From: an uncultured Verrucomicrobiae bacterium
GTDB taxonomy: Bacteria > Verrucomicrobiota > Verrucomicrobiia > Limisphaerales > Palsa-1400
Direction of reading: 5' to 3'
Assembly: GCA_963764165.1 (NCBI GenBank)
Contig: CAVXRD010000001.1
Location: 1,472,001 to 1,536,000 of the forward strand
Length of the DNA stretch: 64,000 nt
The notes beneath the pieces are model-generated. The model had not been told where the DNA came from and ran no database searches. It saw only the letters and a program-made list of their open reading frames with translations. The position numbers were made by a program, and so were the translations under genes. Positions 30,740 to 42,822 of this stretch are shown in pieces. Position 1 is the first letter of the stretch, and every line of letters starts with the position of its first letter.

Positions 30740-31033
30740 ATGAAAGACAAAGACAACATGAGCAGGTGGAAAAACATAATTTTGACTTTCACGCTGACAA
30801 TCTTCAGCGCCAGCCGGATGGCGTCGCCGACGCAATCCGGGCTGTGGATGGGAGTGACTTTGTTGGGTCTGTTCCTAGTGGCCCAACTTTTAGCAGGGAT
30901 TCCCGAAACTGCTGGGAGAGCAGTTCGGTGCAGCGGCACTGCCCCTGAACGAACCGATCCGGACCGCGGTGCCGTCAAAGTATTCTCTGAGGTGGCTACA
31001 CATCCAGTCCCCGCCATAGCTCGATCCCACTGA
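30740..31033 (+). CDS. Small hypothetical membrane protein
   Basis: Two hydrophobic segments; start uncertain. Confidence 0.4.
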   Translation: MKDKDNMSRWKNIILTFTLTIFSASRMASPTQSGLWMGVTLLGLFLVAQLLAGIPETAGRAVRCSGTAPERTDPDRGAVKVFSEVATHPVPAIARSH

Positions 31034-31105
31034 GCTTAACTGGAAAAGACAACGACACAGGGCGCGCCCCACAGCGCGCCCTGCGATTGTACCGGGGAGC
31101 CTCCA

Positions 31106-31257
31106 AAATTAAACAGGGAGGAAAACCGAGAGAACAGAGAAAAAGACCCTTTTTGACCAATGATGACTTTTTCATCTCCGTTCCCTCGGTCTTGCTCTCG
31201 TGAAAATAGCTTTTCATCATGGGTGGTGAAGGCAGTCCATGAAAACTCCTGTTCAAA
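31106..31257. repeat. Long imperfect palindromic repeat, copy B, interrupted by a ~50-bp insert
   Basis: AAATTAAACAGGGAGGAAAACCGAGAGAACAGAGA matches the reverse complement of ~8296-8332. Confidence 0.7.
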
Positions 31258-31268
31258 CTTTCTTCTTA

Positions 31269-31469
31269 GAGCGTGTTTTGAAAATAGCTTGGGTCAGGGA
31301 TTGCGAGCGCGGCGGGGCGGATGGCGAGGCAGCCCGCAGAGCGGGCAGCTATTAATTTGTTCTGACTCGACGAAGGAGAATATCCCTCGTGGATCTTCGA
31401 CTGAGGAGCAACGAAGCCAGCCGCCCCGCCCCGCCGCAAAACCGCCCAAGCTATTTTCAAAACACGCTC
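31269..31469. mobile_element. MITE copy 2, 201 bp
   Basis: Perfect 25-bp TIR GAGCGTGTTTTGAAAATAGCTTGGG; TTA on both flanks (31266-68 and 31470-72). Confidence 0.9.
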
Positions 31470-32438
31470 TTAGCTCTTTTTGACTCTCCAGGCGCGGTCG
31501 AGAATGTCCTGATTATAAAATTCCGGCACGACTCCCTCGGCGGCGTAAACATACAACGCGCAGCGATAAACATGGCTGGCCACGCCCGAGACGTAGGCGA
31601 GCATCAGCACGGAAATTAGCCAAATACCGGCGCCCGCCAGTGGAATCCATATATTGCGGAAGACCACACCCAAGGCGACTGAAATAAGCAGTGGCACAAG
31701 GGAGAGGAGGAATAAAACCATATTGCCGGCCGAAAAACCCATGTAGCCAATCAATCCTTCACCCCACGCCTTTTTCAGCGTCATCGCGGATTGCTTGAGA
31801 ATGGTTATGGGGTTGAGCATGGGTTGCTCCTGGATGATCACCGGAATGACAAATACCGACGCCACGCTCCACGCCATGCCAATGAGTCCGGTCACGATTC
31901 GACCAACAAGTGGCAGCCGTTCTTGAATTTTGTGGATGAGCCACCCGACAAGACCGGCCAGCAACGACCACACAAGCACCGATTTCCACCGGCTTTGGGC
32001 GACGGCGAATCCGCGGGAAATTGAAACTCCTTGTCCCTTGAGGGCACTGATGATTTCGCTGTAAAAAGCGACGTTAAAGAACGTCGCCAAAAACATCGAC
32101 AAGAAATAGAGAGCGGCCATCTCGGCGGGAAGGGCGGGAGAAAGGTGAGCGACCTGCAACTGCTGATTGGATGGCGAATCGCCTCCGTGGCTGACGATTG
32201 CTTGCGCGAAATTGGGAAAATAATAATCCCTCAACGCAATCCAATGCCGGGCCTGGTTTAGATGGTAGCCCGTGTTGTGGAGAATCATCGGCGACACGAT
32301 CCCCAGCAGAAAAAACGCCCCTATGGCGGCAGTCATGACTGCCGTGAGCGCCGGAAAAAGGAGCAATTTGCGGTGGCGCAGCGTTACCGTGATGGAAGCC
32401 TTGAATAACTGCCAGCTATGTTGGAATTTTTCAATCAT
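31470..32438 (-). CDS. DUF6159-like membrane protein
   Basis: SW.L.KAS...L....LL.FP, FFNVA, LK.S....KK.WGE, Y..ALY.YA. Confidence 0.8.
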   Translation of the reverse strand: MIEKFQHSWQLFKASITVTLRHRKLLLFPALTAVMTAAIGAFFLLGIVSPMILHNTGYHLNQARHWIALRDYYFPNFAQAIVSHGGDSPSNQQLQVAHLSPALPAEMAALYFLSMFLATFFNVAFYSEIISALKGQGVSISRGFAVAQSRWKSVLVWSLLAGLVGWLIHKIQERLPLVGRIVTGLIGMAWSVASVFVIPVIIQEQPMLNPITILKQSAMTLKKAWGEGLIGYMGFSAGNMVLFLLSLVPLLISVALGVVFRNIWIPLAGAGIWLISVLMLAYVSGVASHVYRCALYVYAAEGVVPEFYNQDILDRAWRVKKS

Positions 32439-32650
32439 GCAACGGCGCCTTTCTATTGGTTCTTTAAAAACTAAGGCTCTAGGAAAAGGGCGGCAGTTGT
32501 CAAGTGCTTTTTGGGTTCAGAAAATCAATTATTAACGCGGGTCAAAAATGGCTCCAAGAAAGAGAATTAAACCATTTCGATTCTCGCGAATGGCAACGAG
32601 AAACGGGCGATCCGCTATAAATGTGAACGGTCTTGGCTCGGCGTGCCTTC

Positions 32651-34108
<1,458 letters not shown>

Positions 34109-34141
34109 ATCTCAGGGGCAGGATAACAGCCGGAAAGCCGT

Positions 34142-35248
34142 TCACTCAATCTCGTTTGCGCCGGCGTCCTGGCCGGTGACTTCGGTGAGATGATCCTTCT
34201 GCCGCGACGCCATGTAAACCAACCCGCCGGCAAGGCTCCAGAAGAGGCCTTGCGCCGATGCGATCAGCGAGACGGACAGCGCGCCCGGCTTGGCCGCCCC
34301 AATGGCGAAGAGCATGATTACGTATAGATTCTCCCGCACGCCAAGCCCGTTTGGAGTGATCGGAAGCGCCGAGATGCAAAATATGACCGGCACGATCACA
34401 AACACCGGCAGCCACGGAATGTTCAGCCCAAGCCCTGATGCCAGCATGAGGATCTGAATGACGAACATCAGATTCGTCAATAATGAAATCGCCACCGTTT
34501 TGAAGAGAAAGTGTTTCTGCGTTCCGAAATTCCGGCACGAATCCACCGCCCGTTCCAGCAACTCCCCTTTCGGGGCTTTGCGCAACAGCATCCGGGCGCG
34601 CGGAAATCGTTTCGTGACCCCGCCCCAAAAGGCCAGCCAGAGCAGCACGCTGACGCCGCCCAGCATCGCAAGAATGAAGAGGGACGGGACGCCGATGTCA
34701 CGGCTCGTCAATAATAGTTTATAATTCGGGATCATCATGATCCCGGCAAACAGCAGCATCGCCCATAACCCCACGATGCGGTCCACGAAGACCGTCGTGA
34801 CCGCCTCGGTTTTTTTGTGGTGCGTCTCGCGGGCGGCGTAATAGGCCTTGATCAAATCGCCGCCGGTGGATCCCAGCAGGAAGGAATTGAAGAATTGCGC
34901 GACGAAGGAAATCCGGGTCGCCCGGCCCAGAGGCAAATGCAAACCCTGGGCTTCGAGCACGATTCGCCATCGCAATACGCAGAGAAAAATCGCGCCTCCG
35001 GCCAGCAGAAGAGAACCGAGCAGTGTTCCCGTGTGGACCAGGCGGAGCATTTGCCACAATTCCTCCGGTCCCAGCGTCCATGCCATTTTCCATTGCGCAT
35101 GCCTGTCCAGGTGATCCCAATCGGCGCCGCTGCTTTGAGCCGCCATCTTCGCCTGGCTCATGAAGATGGAATGAAAAATCCAGAGGAGAAGCAGCAGGCA
35201 AAATGCGACCCTCCATCCCACGCTCCAGCACTTCTTCAGCCTGCTCAT
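34142..35248 (-). CDS. Lysylphosphatidylglycerol synthase TM / flippase-like protein
   Basis: FFNSFLLGSTGGD, VDRIVG, LPITPNGLGVRE. Confidence 0.88.
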   Translation of the reverse strand: MSRLKKCWSVGWRVAFCLLLLLWIFHSIFMSQAKMAAQSSGADWDHLDRHAQWKMAWTLGPEELWQMLRLVHTGTLLGSLLLAGGAIFLCVLRWRIVLEAQGLHLPLGRATRISFVAQFFNSFLLGSTGGDLIKAYYAARETHHKKTEAVTTVFVDRIVGLWAMLLFAGIMMIPNYKLLLTSRDIGVPSLFILAMLGGVSVLLWLAFWGGVTKRFPRARMLLRKAPKGELLERAVDSCRNFGTQKHFLFKTVAISLLTNLMFVIQILMLASGLGLNIPWLPVFVIVPVIFCISALPITPNGLGVRENLYVIMLFAIGAAKPGALSVSLIASAQGLFWSLAGGLVYMASRQKDHLTEVTGQDAGANEIE

Positions 35249-36159
35249 TCCGAACCCCAGAGCCCTTTGATGAACGCCACTCCTTTTGTAACGTCTTCTG
35301 GTGACAAACGCGGACTCAGCTCAAAAACTTTGATGTGCTCCGGCTTCACCATTGGCTGCAATGCCTTGTAATCAATGCACCCGCTTCCGGGCGCAGCGTG
35401 GTCGCGCCCGGGAAAAACGACATCGTGAATGTGCATCCCGATCATCCGCGGAGCCATCGATTGCAAATGCAGTCGATGATCAATGAAACCCAAATTCTGC
35501 TTGATCTGCGCATGGCCGCAATCGTGCCAGTAACCGACCGACGGGCGGTTGAACTCCATCAGCAAAAGCTCCATGTCGGTGTCGAGGGGAATTTCCTCCA
35601 GCGCCTCGCGGTTTTCCACTCCGAGCTTCAATCCATGCTTGGCCGCTTCGGTGGAAAGGCGGTTTAGCATATCGGTGGATTGCGCGACGTATTTTTCCTT
35701 TTTGGCTTCGCGCTTCTCAATGACTTCTTCGCACAAAGACTGGTATTTGGGAGTCTCCTTTTTGCCCTTTTCCACCAGTTCGATGAGCCGGTCTGTGTAA
35801 TCCTTCATGTCGATGGAGCCAAGGTGAAGAACAACGGCAGGCGCTTTGAGGCGCGCGGCTGTTTCCAGCGTCTTGATCGAATGCCGCCACGCATTTTCGC
35901 GCTCGCGCTGGTCTTGCGAGGAGAATTGGTAGATGTTCGGGGCGGCGTGATTGATGCCCATCGGAAGAGGGCAGAAATTGTGAAGCGAGGAAATCTTCAT
36001 TTCGCCCGCCTCGACCGCTTCGACGATGCCGGGGAGAAGACTGATGCGGATGCCGTGGCTGAGCTCCGCGTATTCAAAACCAAAAGTGCGGAGTTCGCGC
36101 AGCATGGCGCGTCCGTCCGTGTGCCGATGGGAGTTCCAGCACGTCGAGATTGAATACAT
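35245..36159 (-). CDS. Sugar phosphate isomerase/epimerase (AP-endonuclease-2 TIM barrel)
   Basis: LHN, ENRE, DCGHA, HIHD metal motifs. Confidence 0.85.
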   Translation of the reverse strand: MYSISTCWNSHRHTDGRAMLRELRTFGFEYAELSHGIRISLLPGIVEAVEAGEMKISSLHNFCPLPMGINHAAPNIYQFSSQDQRERENAWRHSIKTLETAARLKAPAVVLHLGSIDMKDYTDRLIELVEKGKKETPKYQSLCEEVIEKREAKKEKYVAQSTDMLNRLSTEAAKHGLKLGVENREALEEIPLDTDMELLLMEFNRPSVGYWHDCGHAQIKQNLGFIDHRLHLQSMAPRMIGMHIHDVVFPGRDHAAPGSGCIDYKALQPMVKPEHIKVFELSPRLSPEDVTKGVAFIKGLWGSE

Positions 36160-36164
36160 GGTAT

Positions 36165-36196
36165 GAAACCGGGCCCGGCAGGAGGCCGGACCCGGC
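36165..36196 (-). terminator. GC-rich hairpin downstream of rpsU
   Basis: CCGGGTCCGGC-CTCCT-GCCGGGCCCGG followed by TTT on the minus strand. Confidence 0.45.
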
Positions 36197-36212
36197 GGGA
36201 AGTGACAAGAGA

Positions 36213-36410
36213 TTACATGTCGGCGTAACGCGCGCTCAACATGGCCGAGAAACGGGCCGCCTTCATTTTACGGCGGCGACGTTCGCTGGGCTTTTCAAAA
36301 TGCCGGTGATTGCGGACTTCTTTAAGAGTGCCTTCGCGGTCAATCTTCTTCTTCAAGCGCCGAAGCGCCTTGTCCACTGGTTCGCCTTTTTTCAGTCGTA
36401 TTTCGGTCAA
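36213..36410 (-). CDS. rpsU: 30S ribosomal protein S21
   Basis: [18 protein letters not shown]....[13 protein letters not shown] start with AGAGGA SD. Confidence 0.95.
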   Translation of the reverse strand: MTEIRLKKGEPVDKALRRLKKKIDREGTLKEVRNHRHFEKPSERRRRKMKAARFSAMLSARYADM

Positions 36411-36510
36411 AAAAACTCACTTCCTCTCTAGTTATCGCGGGCCCGCCATGGGCGCGCGTTAAATGGCCGATCAAATTGCCGTGTCCCGCCCCGCATGTCA
36501 ACGCCCAATA

Positions 36511-39375
36511 TTACGGTGTTGAAAGTCGGTAGAATCGGCTGGCGCTGCCGTTTTGCAACGAGTCGCTGAAGTAGGCGGAACCGTTCGTGAGGGAGAGCGA
36601 CTGCAACGGAGCCCACGCCGCAGTCGTGAGGTTTGAGCACGCTTCGACCACGACCGGAATATTTGCCCCGGCAGTGATGTTGAAACCGAATTGGCCGTTC
36701 GAAATTCCAAAGCTGCTGTCCATTGCGATGACCGGATTCCAAGCAACGGCGGGAACATCGGCTTCAGTGGAGAAATTGGTCCAACCGCTGGCTTCCGGAA
36801 GATAATAGACCGTCAGATTCAAACAACTGTAGAACACGGAGCCGTCAGCGGACGGCGCGTTTCCTGGGAAAAAGAGATTTGTCAGGTTCATGGCGCCAGC
36901 GAATGCGTCATCTGCCACGTTTGTGACGCTCGCAGGAACGGTGTAGCTGCCCGGCCAACCGCCGGGAAATTGGATGAGCGTGTCGAAATTCTTGTCGAAC
37001 ATCACTCCATTCGAACTGGCGTAAAACAAATTGCTGGGATCAACCGTGATCGAAGTGAGGTTAGCACAGTCCGCGAATGCTCCTGCTCCGATGTTCGTGA
37101 CGCTGTCGGGAATGAAAACATTGGTCAACGCGGAATCATAGAATGCTTCCGCGCCTATCGTCGTGACGCTCTCGGGAATCGCAACAGCAGTCAGGCGCAC
37201 ATCATCCACAAACGCGCTCGCCCCAATATTGGTCACCGTCGGCGGAATAGTTATGCCGTAGAGGGACGGGCAAAACCCGAATGCGTTTGAATCAATGCTC
37301 GTGACCGAAGTTGGAATGGCATAAGTCCCGGCTCGGTAGCCAGGATATTGGATCAACGCCGTTTGCAGTTTGTCAAAAAGAATGCCGTTTGAAGCGCTGA
37401 AATACAAATTGGAAGAATCGACGGTGAATGAACGAAGCTCTGGCAACCCACTGAAGGCTCCCGCCAAATTCGTCACGCTGGCAGGAATAAATACATTCGT
37501 GACATTGGCTTCAGAGAATGCACCGCTTCCGATGTTCACCACGCCGTTGCCGATATTAATATTGGTCAGCCGAAAGTCGCCGGCAAACGCATGCTCGCCA
37601 ATGCTCACCACAGTCCCGGGAATTGTGATGTTGGACAGAGCATAACATTCCGAGAACGCATCCATGCCGATATTCGTGACGGAGGCTGGAATGACAACCG
37701 TTTTCAAACTTGTCAAATACTCGAATTCTAATGGAGCGATGAACGGCGACCCTGGAGCGACAGAAAGTTGCGCAAGGTTTGTAAGAGGGGAAAGATAATT
37801 ATCCAATGCCATCACACTTCCCGGAGCGGTAAGATTTGTAAGCTTGTAGCAACCGCTGAAGACGTCGAAGCTAAGATTGGTGACGCTGGCCGGAAGATAC
37901 GCGCTTATCAGCCCCGTGCAGCTTCTAAATGCCCCATTCCCAACTGTTGTCACGCTTTGCGGCAGCGAAATATTCGTTATTCCAGTGCAATTGTAAAATG
38001 CGCTTGCCCCAATGTTTGTCATGCTCCCCGGAATGGTCACACTTGTGACAAAGCTCTTGGGAGAAATCGCCTCTGGAGCGAGTGACTCGACGAGCAATCC
38101 GTTTTCAAAAGCAGGAATGACAACCGCGCTATTGGTTCCGTTATAGCTCTGGATTGTGCAGGTGCCCGTGCCGCTCTGGACGTAAGAAAACTGCGAGGGA
38201 GGGGTGACAGATTCCGCCGGGATCCCTCCAAGGGTTGAATTCCATGCGCTTCCAGAACTTGGAATGTAAAACGCCACCGCGTTTCCCGCCGCGGCAAAGG
38301 CAGACGCGCTGACGATTGGGGAAGCGCCCTCGAAATACAGCGCGGTCAAATTCGAATCACCCGTGAAGGCGTAATCCTGTATGCTGGAAATGCTCGCCTC
38401 GATAAAAATTCCATCCAGGTTCGTCAGCCCCTCGAACGCATCCTCCGCAATCGTTGCGACCGCAATACCGTTGATGGAAGCCGGAATGGTAATATAATTA
38501 TTGGTATTGACACAACCGATAATCGAAATAGTTGAGCTGTTGGTCAGGTAGTAAAATCCGTTCAGCGAGCCAGCCGCGATTGTATTCACACCTGCAAGCG
38601 TCGAACCCCAGCCCGTCGTGTCGGGCAAATATACAATGGTTGTATTGTAACTGCCCGCAAACGCGGAGGGATCAACGCTCGGGGCGTTCCCAAGAAAGAC
38701 AGCTTGCAGCAAATGCAGGCAGGATTGAAAAGCGCTCGCTCCAACAGTTTCCACGGAAGGCGGAATGGTTATTCCAGTCAAGGCCCCGCATGCGTAGAAT
38801 GCATTGCTCCCGATATTGGTCACGCTGTTGGGGATGCTAATCGCAGTCAGAATCGCGCAATTTGAAAACAAGGCCGGAGCCACGGTCTGGGAGCCGCTTA
38901 GGATGGCAGCATTGGTCAACCGAATGCACGGCGAAAAAACGGTGGCGAAATTCGAGAAGGTTCCTGAGACAGTCACAAACGACAACTTGCTGCATTGGCC
39001 AAACGCGTTTGCGCCGAAGGTGATGTTGGTGCCGAGCACGCTAAGATTCGACAAGCCAGCGCACCCGAAGAAAGCGTCCGGCCCTGCATTCGTCACGCTG
39101 GCAGGAATCGTGACATTTCCAAGGTTGGTGTTGTTCTGGAACGCGGCTTGATAAATCACCGTCACGGGCTTGCCGTTGGTGGACGACGGAATAGTTACGA
39201 TCCCATTTGTTCCCGTGTAGCCGGTGATTGTGATCGCGCCATTGTTCGTGACGAAAGTGAATTGGGCCATCACTTGCGGCGATGCGAGAATCCACAACGA
39301 AAGCAAGAACGCGAAGCGCAACACTCTCAAAGGCCATGCGCCCATTTTCCGGTGATGAAGAGAATTATGCCTCAC
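36511..39375 (-). CDS. BspA-type leucine-rich repeat surface protein
   Basis: Many IP.SVTNIG..AF..C..L repeats; signal peptide; C-terminus SNL...W...F.D....RFYRL. Confidence 0.92.
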   Translation of the reverse strand: MRHNSLHHRKMGAWPLRVLRFAFLLSLWILASPQVMAQFTFVTNNGAITITGYTGTNGIVTIPSSTNGKPVTVIYQAAFQNNTNLGNVTIPASVTNAGPDAFFGCAGLSNLSVLGTNITFGANAFGQCSKLSFVTVSGTFSNFATVFSPCIRLTNAAILSGSQTVAPALFSNCAILTAISIPNSVTNIGSNAFYACGALTGITIPPSVETVGASAFQSCLHLLQAVFLGNAPSVDPSAFAGSYNTTIVYLPDTTGWGSTLAGVNTIAAGSLNGFYYLTNSSTISIIGCVNTNNYITIPASINGIAVATIAEDAFEGLTNLDGIFIEASISSIQDYAFTGDSNLTALYFEGASPIVSASAFAAAGNAVAFYIPSSGSAWNSTLGGIPAESVTPPSQFSYVQSGTGTCTIQSYNGTNSAVVIPAFENGLLVESLAPEAISPKSFVTSVTIPGSMTNIGASAFYNCTGITNISLPQSVTTVGNGAFRSCTGLISAYLPASVTNLSFDVFSGCYKLTNLTAPGSVMALDNYLSPLTNLAQLSVAPGSPFIAPLEFEYLTSLKTVVIPASVTNIGMDAFSECYALSNITIPGTVVSIGEHAFAGDFRLTNINIGNGVVNIGSGAFSEANVTNVFIPASVTNLAGAFSGLPELRSFTVDSSNLYFSASNGILFDKLQTALIQYPGYRAGTYAIPTSVTSIDSNAFGFCPSLYGITIPPTVTNIGASAFVDDVRLTAVAIPESVTTIGAEAFYDSALTNVFIPDSVTNIGAGAFADCANLTSITVDPSNLFYASSNGVMFDKNFDTLIQFPGGWPGSYTVPASVTNVADDAFAGAMNLTNLFFPGNAPSADGSVFYSCLNLTVYYLPEASGWTNFSTEADVPAVAWNPVIAMDSSFGISNGQFGFNITAGANIPVVVEACSNLTTAAWAPLQSLSLTNGSAYFSDSLQNGSASRFYRLSTP

Positions 39376-39410
39376 GCGTCTTAATTACCTCGTTCCCTTC
39401 GTGCAGAAAG

Positions 39411-39812
39411 TCAAGTCTGCAAGCCTTTGAAGGCGTTCACGAGGTCGGCGGCCTGAAACGGTTTGTGCAAGAACGAACGCGCCCCAAGTCCGTAGGCGCG
39501 CTTGGCCATCGCCGCATCCGTAGTGGCTGTTAAAACGATGACCGGCACGCGATGATGCGGCGGATTGTCCCGCATCCATGCCAGCACATCAAATCCATCC
39601 ACGCCCGGCATCTTAAGATCCAACAGCACCGCGACGGGATAGGGGAATTTTGCGCGATCGGAAAAATCTCCCGTTCCCTGCAAATAGGCAAGACAGCCCT
39701 CGCCGGAATCAACAAGCCTAGCGGAAAGCCCCGGAAAAGCCTTTTCCACAACGTCACACGTCAAAGCTGCAATATTGCGCTCGTCATCGACGACGAGGAC
39801 AGTGCCTGTCAT
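39411..39812 (-). CDS. Single-domain response regulator
   Basis: VLVVDD, LLDLKMP, KP. Confidence 0.88.
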   Translation of the reverse strand: MTGTVLVVDDERNIAALTCDVVEKAFPGLSARLVDSGEGCLAYLQGTGDFSDRAKFPYPVAVLLDLKMPGVDGFDVLAWMRDNPPHHRVPVIVLTATTDAAMAKRAYGLGARSFLHKPFQAADLVNAFKGLQT

Positions 39813-39991
39813 TTGAGGATTTTTCTCCACTTCCAATTGTCTATTTCCCATCCCAAGCCAACGCAATCAGGCCAACCCTGATCGGCGGTCGGGGATTTCC
39901 TTAGCGGTTGGCGCTGTCAATTACAAGCGCGATTTTTCCTTTGACAGGGCTGCCCGGCAAGCCACAGAATTTTGCTGGCTCTCCAATCACC

Positions 39992-40822
39992 GTGAAAAAG
40001 TGCTTGTTCAATTCCAGAAGTTACAATGGCCGGAGCGTGGCTTGGTCGAAGCAAAGATTCGCAGCCGGCGCTTTTACCCTCGCCGAGTTGCTCGTGACAA
40101 TCACGATCATCGCCATTCTGGCGGCTTTGCTGCTTCCCGCGCTTGGGCGGGCGAAGCGTCAAGCCCGAGACGTCAGTTGCATCAACAACTTGCGGCAAAT
40201 GCTGCTCGTCTTCCATCTGGACATTGACGCTAATTGGGGCGGCGAGGTGGATTGGCTCAATCGTGACGTGGCCTTATCCAAATCGTGGATTTGCCCCTGC
40301 GCGACCAGGACTCCAACCAATATCAGCCTTGGAGCGATGGACACCACCTGGATGTATGGCATAGGCGGCATCATGCCGCAACCACGCGCGGCAGGATATG
40401 CAATCAACGGCTGGCTTCTCTGGGAGAACGCGGATGGGCAGCCCATGATTTACCAAACCGATCAAGATCCCCAAGTCTTCCGAAATGAGTCTGATATCAT
40501 CAGACCTGCAATGACACCTGTTCTCGCGGATGGCATCTTCGCTTATACCTACCCTGAAGAGACGGATCTCCCCGCCAGCGACCTTTATACCTATCCAACG
40601 AACTCCTTACTGCCTTTGGGAATGAATATTTTCAACATCCCTCGACACGGGGACGCCCCGCCCAGCGCGCCGACCAATTGGCCCATTAGCCGCCCTCTGC
40701 CGGGTGCAGTGAACGTCGGTTTTTATGATGGACACGTTCAGGTCGCGAAATTGGATTACCTTTGGCAGCTCTACTGGCACGTGGGTTACGTTGCGCCAGC
40801 GAAAAGGCCGGGGCTTCTTTAA
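39992..40822 (+). CDS. Prepilin-type N-terminal methylation / DUF1559-like protein
   Basis: [33 protein letters not shown]...NVGFYDGH; start uncertain. Confidence 0.88.
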   Translation: MKKCLFNSRSYNGRSVAWSKQRFAAGAFTLAELLVTITIIAILAALLLPALGRAKRQARDVSCINNLRQMLLVFHLDIDANWGGEVDWLNRDVALSKSWICPCATRTPTNISLGAMDTTWMYGIGGIMPQPRAAGYAINGWLLWENADGQPMIYQTDQDPQVFRNESDIIRPAMTPVLADGIFAYTYPEETDLPASDLYTYPTNSLLPLGMNIFNIPRHGDAPPSAPTNWPISRPLPGAVNVGFYDGHVQVAKLDYLWQLYWHVGYVAPAKRPGLL

Positions 40823-40844
40823 CTTCAAGTCACAGCGCCCGCTA

Positions 40845-42299
40845 CTATTCCTTGGCTCCGTGTTGACGCAGCAGGTTCGCAGTATTGTTTTGTCCGCGAG
40901 ATTTGGCCTGCCAGAGGGGCGTCTTGCCATCATTGTCTCTCACGTTGATGTCAGATCCGGCTGCGAGAAGGACTTCCACAACATCTGGATGCCCGTGGTA
41001 CGCTGCCATGTGCAATGGCGTGAAACCGTATTGGTCCCGCACCGTCACATCCGCTTTGTGGGCAATCAATAATTCGGCAATGGCTTTGCTTCCTGAATAC
41101 GCGGCTTCGTCCAACGGAGTGCACATAAGCGAGCCTTTAATATTAACATCAGCACCGTGAGCAATCAGTTCCTCCGCGACAATTAGATGATCGTATCTTG
41201 CCGCCGCTTCAAGAGCGGTTTCCCCCCTTTGGTTCTTCGAATTTACGTCTGCGCCGTGTTCTAGGAGAAGCTCAACAACGTTGTCGCGTCCCTCATGCGC
41301 GGCGATAAGCAAGGGCGAATCCCCAAAGCCGTTATTCCCTGAGAAGTCGTTTACATTAGCCCCTGCGGCGAGTAAAACCGCAGCAACTCCAGCGTGCCCT
41401 GCTTCTGCTGCGTGGTACAAGGGGGAATAGCCCAGATAATCCTTTGCGTTCACCGTTTGGGCATCGGCTTTTAGGAGCGCTTGGATGGCTTCGACATCTC
41501 CGGCGGACGCGGCGTCGAGAATGTTCGCCTTCGCCCCGCGTTGTCGCAAAATGGCCGCGATCTCCGGATGGTGATATTCCAGCGCCAATGACAGCGCCGT
41601 ATCTCCTTGTGTATCTTTGAGGTTCGGGTTTGCGCCCTTTGCTAGCAGTATCTTGAGCGCTTCCAAATGACCCATTTGGGCTGCCGCCATAAGCGGCGTT
41701 TCGTTAAGTTCGTCTCCCAAGCAGTTCACGTCTGCGCCATTTTCCATAAGGAAATTCATCATTTCAATTTGGCCTTCAACACAGGTGCCAAAAAAGGCTT
41801 TGTTGATGGACTTCAAGTCAGCGTTAGGCGGAAAGTAAGTTTTTGCTGTACCAAGGCGTCCCTCGCCTGCGGCTTCCAAAAAAATATCTGATCTGCTGAC
41901 CCTTGAGCCGGGAATTTGCACCACGAGTCGCTGCCACCACAGATACGGAATGTAATCCATCGCGACAGTCAGCACTGTAGCCGCAATGACTGCGGACTGA
42001 AATGTTGTGAGTGGACGAAAGCGTTTTGATGCAACGACAAGCGCAGCCACGACCAACAGCCAAACATGAGTCAACCCAGAGGAAAGCACCCCGAGGATAA
42101 AAAAACCAAGTGCTTGATGGGCTAGGGAAAACCCGGTATTTTGAAGCCCGCGCTCCCAAGTCAGATAGCTCTGTTCGTATACCATCCTTGCAGTCAAGAG
42201 AAAGGCGAAAGGGAAAATAACGAGCCAGCAAACCATCACCCACTTAGGCAGTCCCGATCTCCTCTTTTCGGAATTTAGCGGCTGTCGACTTGAAGTCAT
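40845..42299 (-). CDS. Membrane-anchored ankyrin repeat protein
   Basis: Three N-terminal TM segments, ~9 G.TPLH.AA..G repeats. Confidence 0.9.
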   Translation of the reverse strand: MTSSRQPLNSEKRRSGLPKWVMVCWLVIFPFAFLLTARMVYEQSYLTWERGLQNTGFSLAHQALGFFILGVLSSGLTHVWLLVVAALVVASKRFRPLTTFQSAVIAATVLTVAMDYIPYLWWQRLVVQIPGSRVSRSDIFLEAAGEGRLGTAKTYFPPNADLKSINKAFFGTCVEGQIEMMNFLMENGADVNCLGDELNETPLMAAAQMGHLEALKILLAKGANPNLKDTQGDTALSLALEYHHPEIAAILRQRGAKANILDAASAGDVEAIQALLKADAQTVNAKDYLGYSPLYHAAEAGHAGVAAVLLAAGANVNDFSGNNGFGDSPLLIAAHEGRDNVVELLLEHGADVNSKNQRGETALEAAARYDHLIVAEELIAHGADVNIKGSLMCTPLDEAAYSGSKAIAELLIAHKADVTVRDQYGFTPLHMAAYHGHPDVVEVLLAAGSDINVRDNDGKTPLWQAKSRGQNNTANLLRQHGAKE

Positions 42300-42332
42300 T
42301 GATTTCGCAACTGCGCCTGAATCGCGCTTAGT

Positions 42333-42807
42333 TCACGTCCACAATTGCCGGTCCAGGGATCGGTACTGGATGGCTTCCGAGACGTGTTCCGCTCCGACCG
42401 TTTCCGCGCCAGCCAGATCCGCGATGGTGCGGGCGACTTTTAGAATTCTATCATAAGCGCGCGCGCTCAAATTCAAATCCGCCATCGCGAACTTCAGCAA
42501 TTCCTTCGTCGATTCGTCAATGGCGCAAAATGCTTTCAGTTCCTTGCTGCCCATGCGCGCGTTGCAGGTGACGGAACGTTTGTTGGCGAAGCGGGCCTGC
42601 TGACGCTTGCGCGCCGCAACCACACGATTGCGAATGGTCGCCGAGTTTTCCCCAGTTTGCTCGGCGCTGATGTCGCGGAACTTCACTTCCGAAACTTCAA
42701 TGTGCAAATCAATGCGGTCAAGCAGCGGCCCGGAAATTCGACCGAGATAATTTTGAATTTCCCTTGGCGAACTGCGCGATTCGCCCGGCATTTTTCCATC
42801 GGGCGTG
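42333..42807 (-). pseudogene. comM: 3' fragment of comM/yifB (Mg-chelatase-like ATPase), interrupted by an integrated element
   Basis: Y.GRISGPLLDRIDLH, LSARAYDRILKVARTIADL, EAIQYR; homology stops where the AMNP motif is expected; Walker A region absent. Confidence 0.9.
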
Positions 42808-42822
42808 CGCCATGTTGCCTTT
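42802..42822. other. Putative att junction (comM half plus GTTGCCTTT element half)
   Basis: comM codons end at ~42807, 6 nt from GTTGCCTTT; same geometry as the palindromes at 43104-43132 and 59466-59495. Confidence 0.7.
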
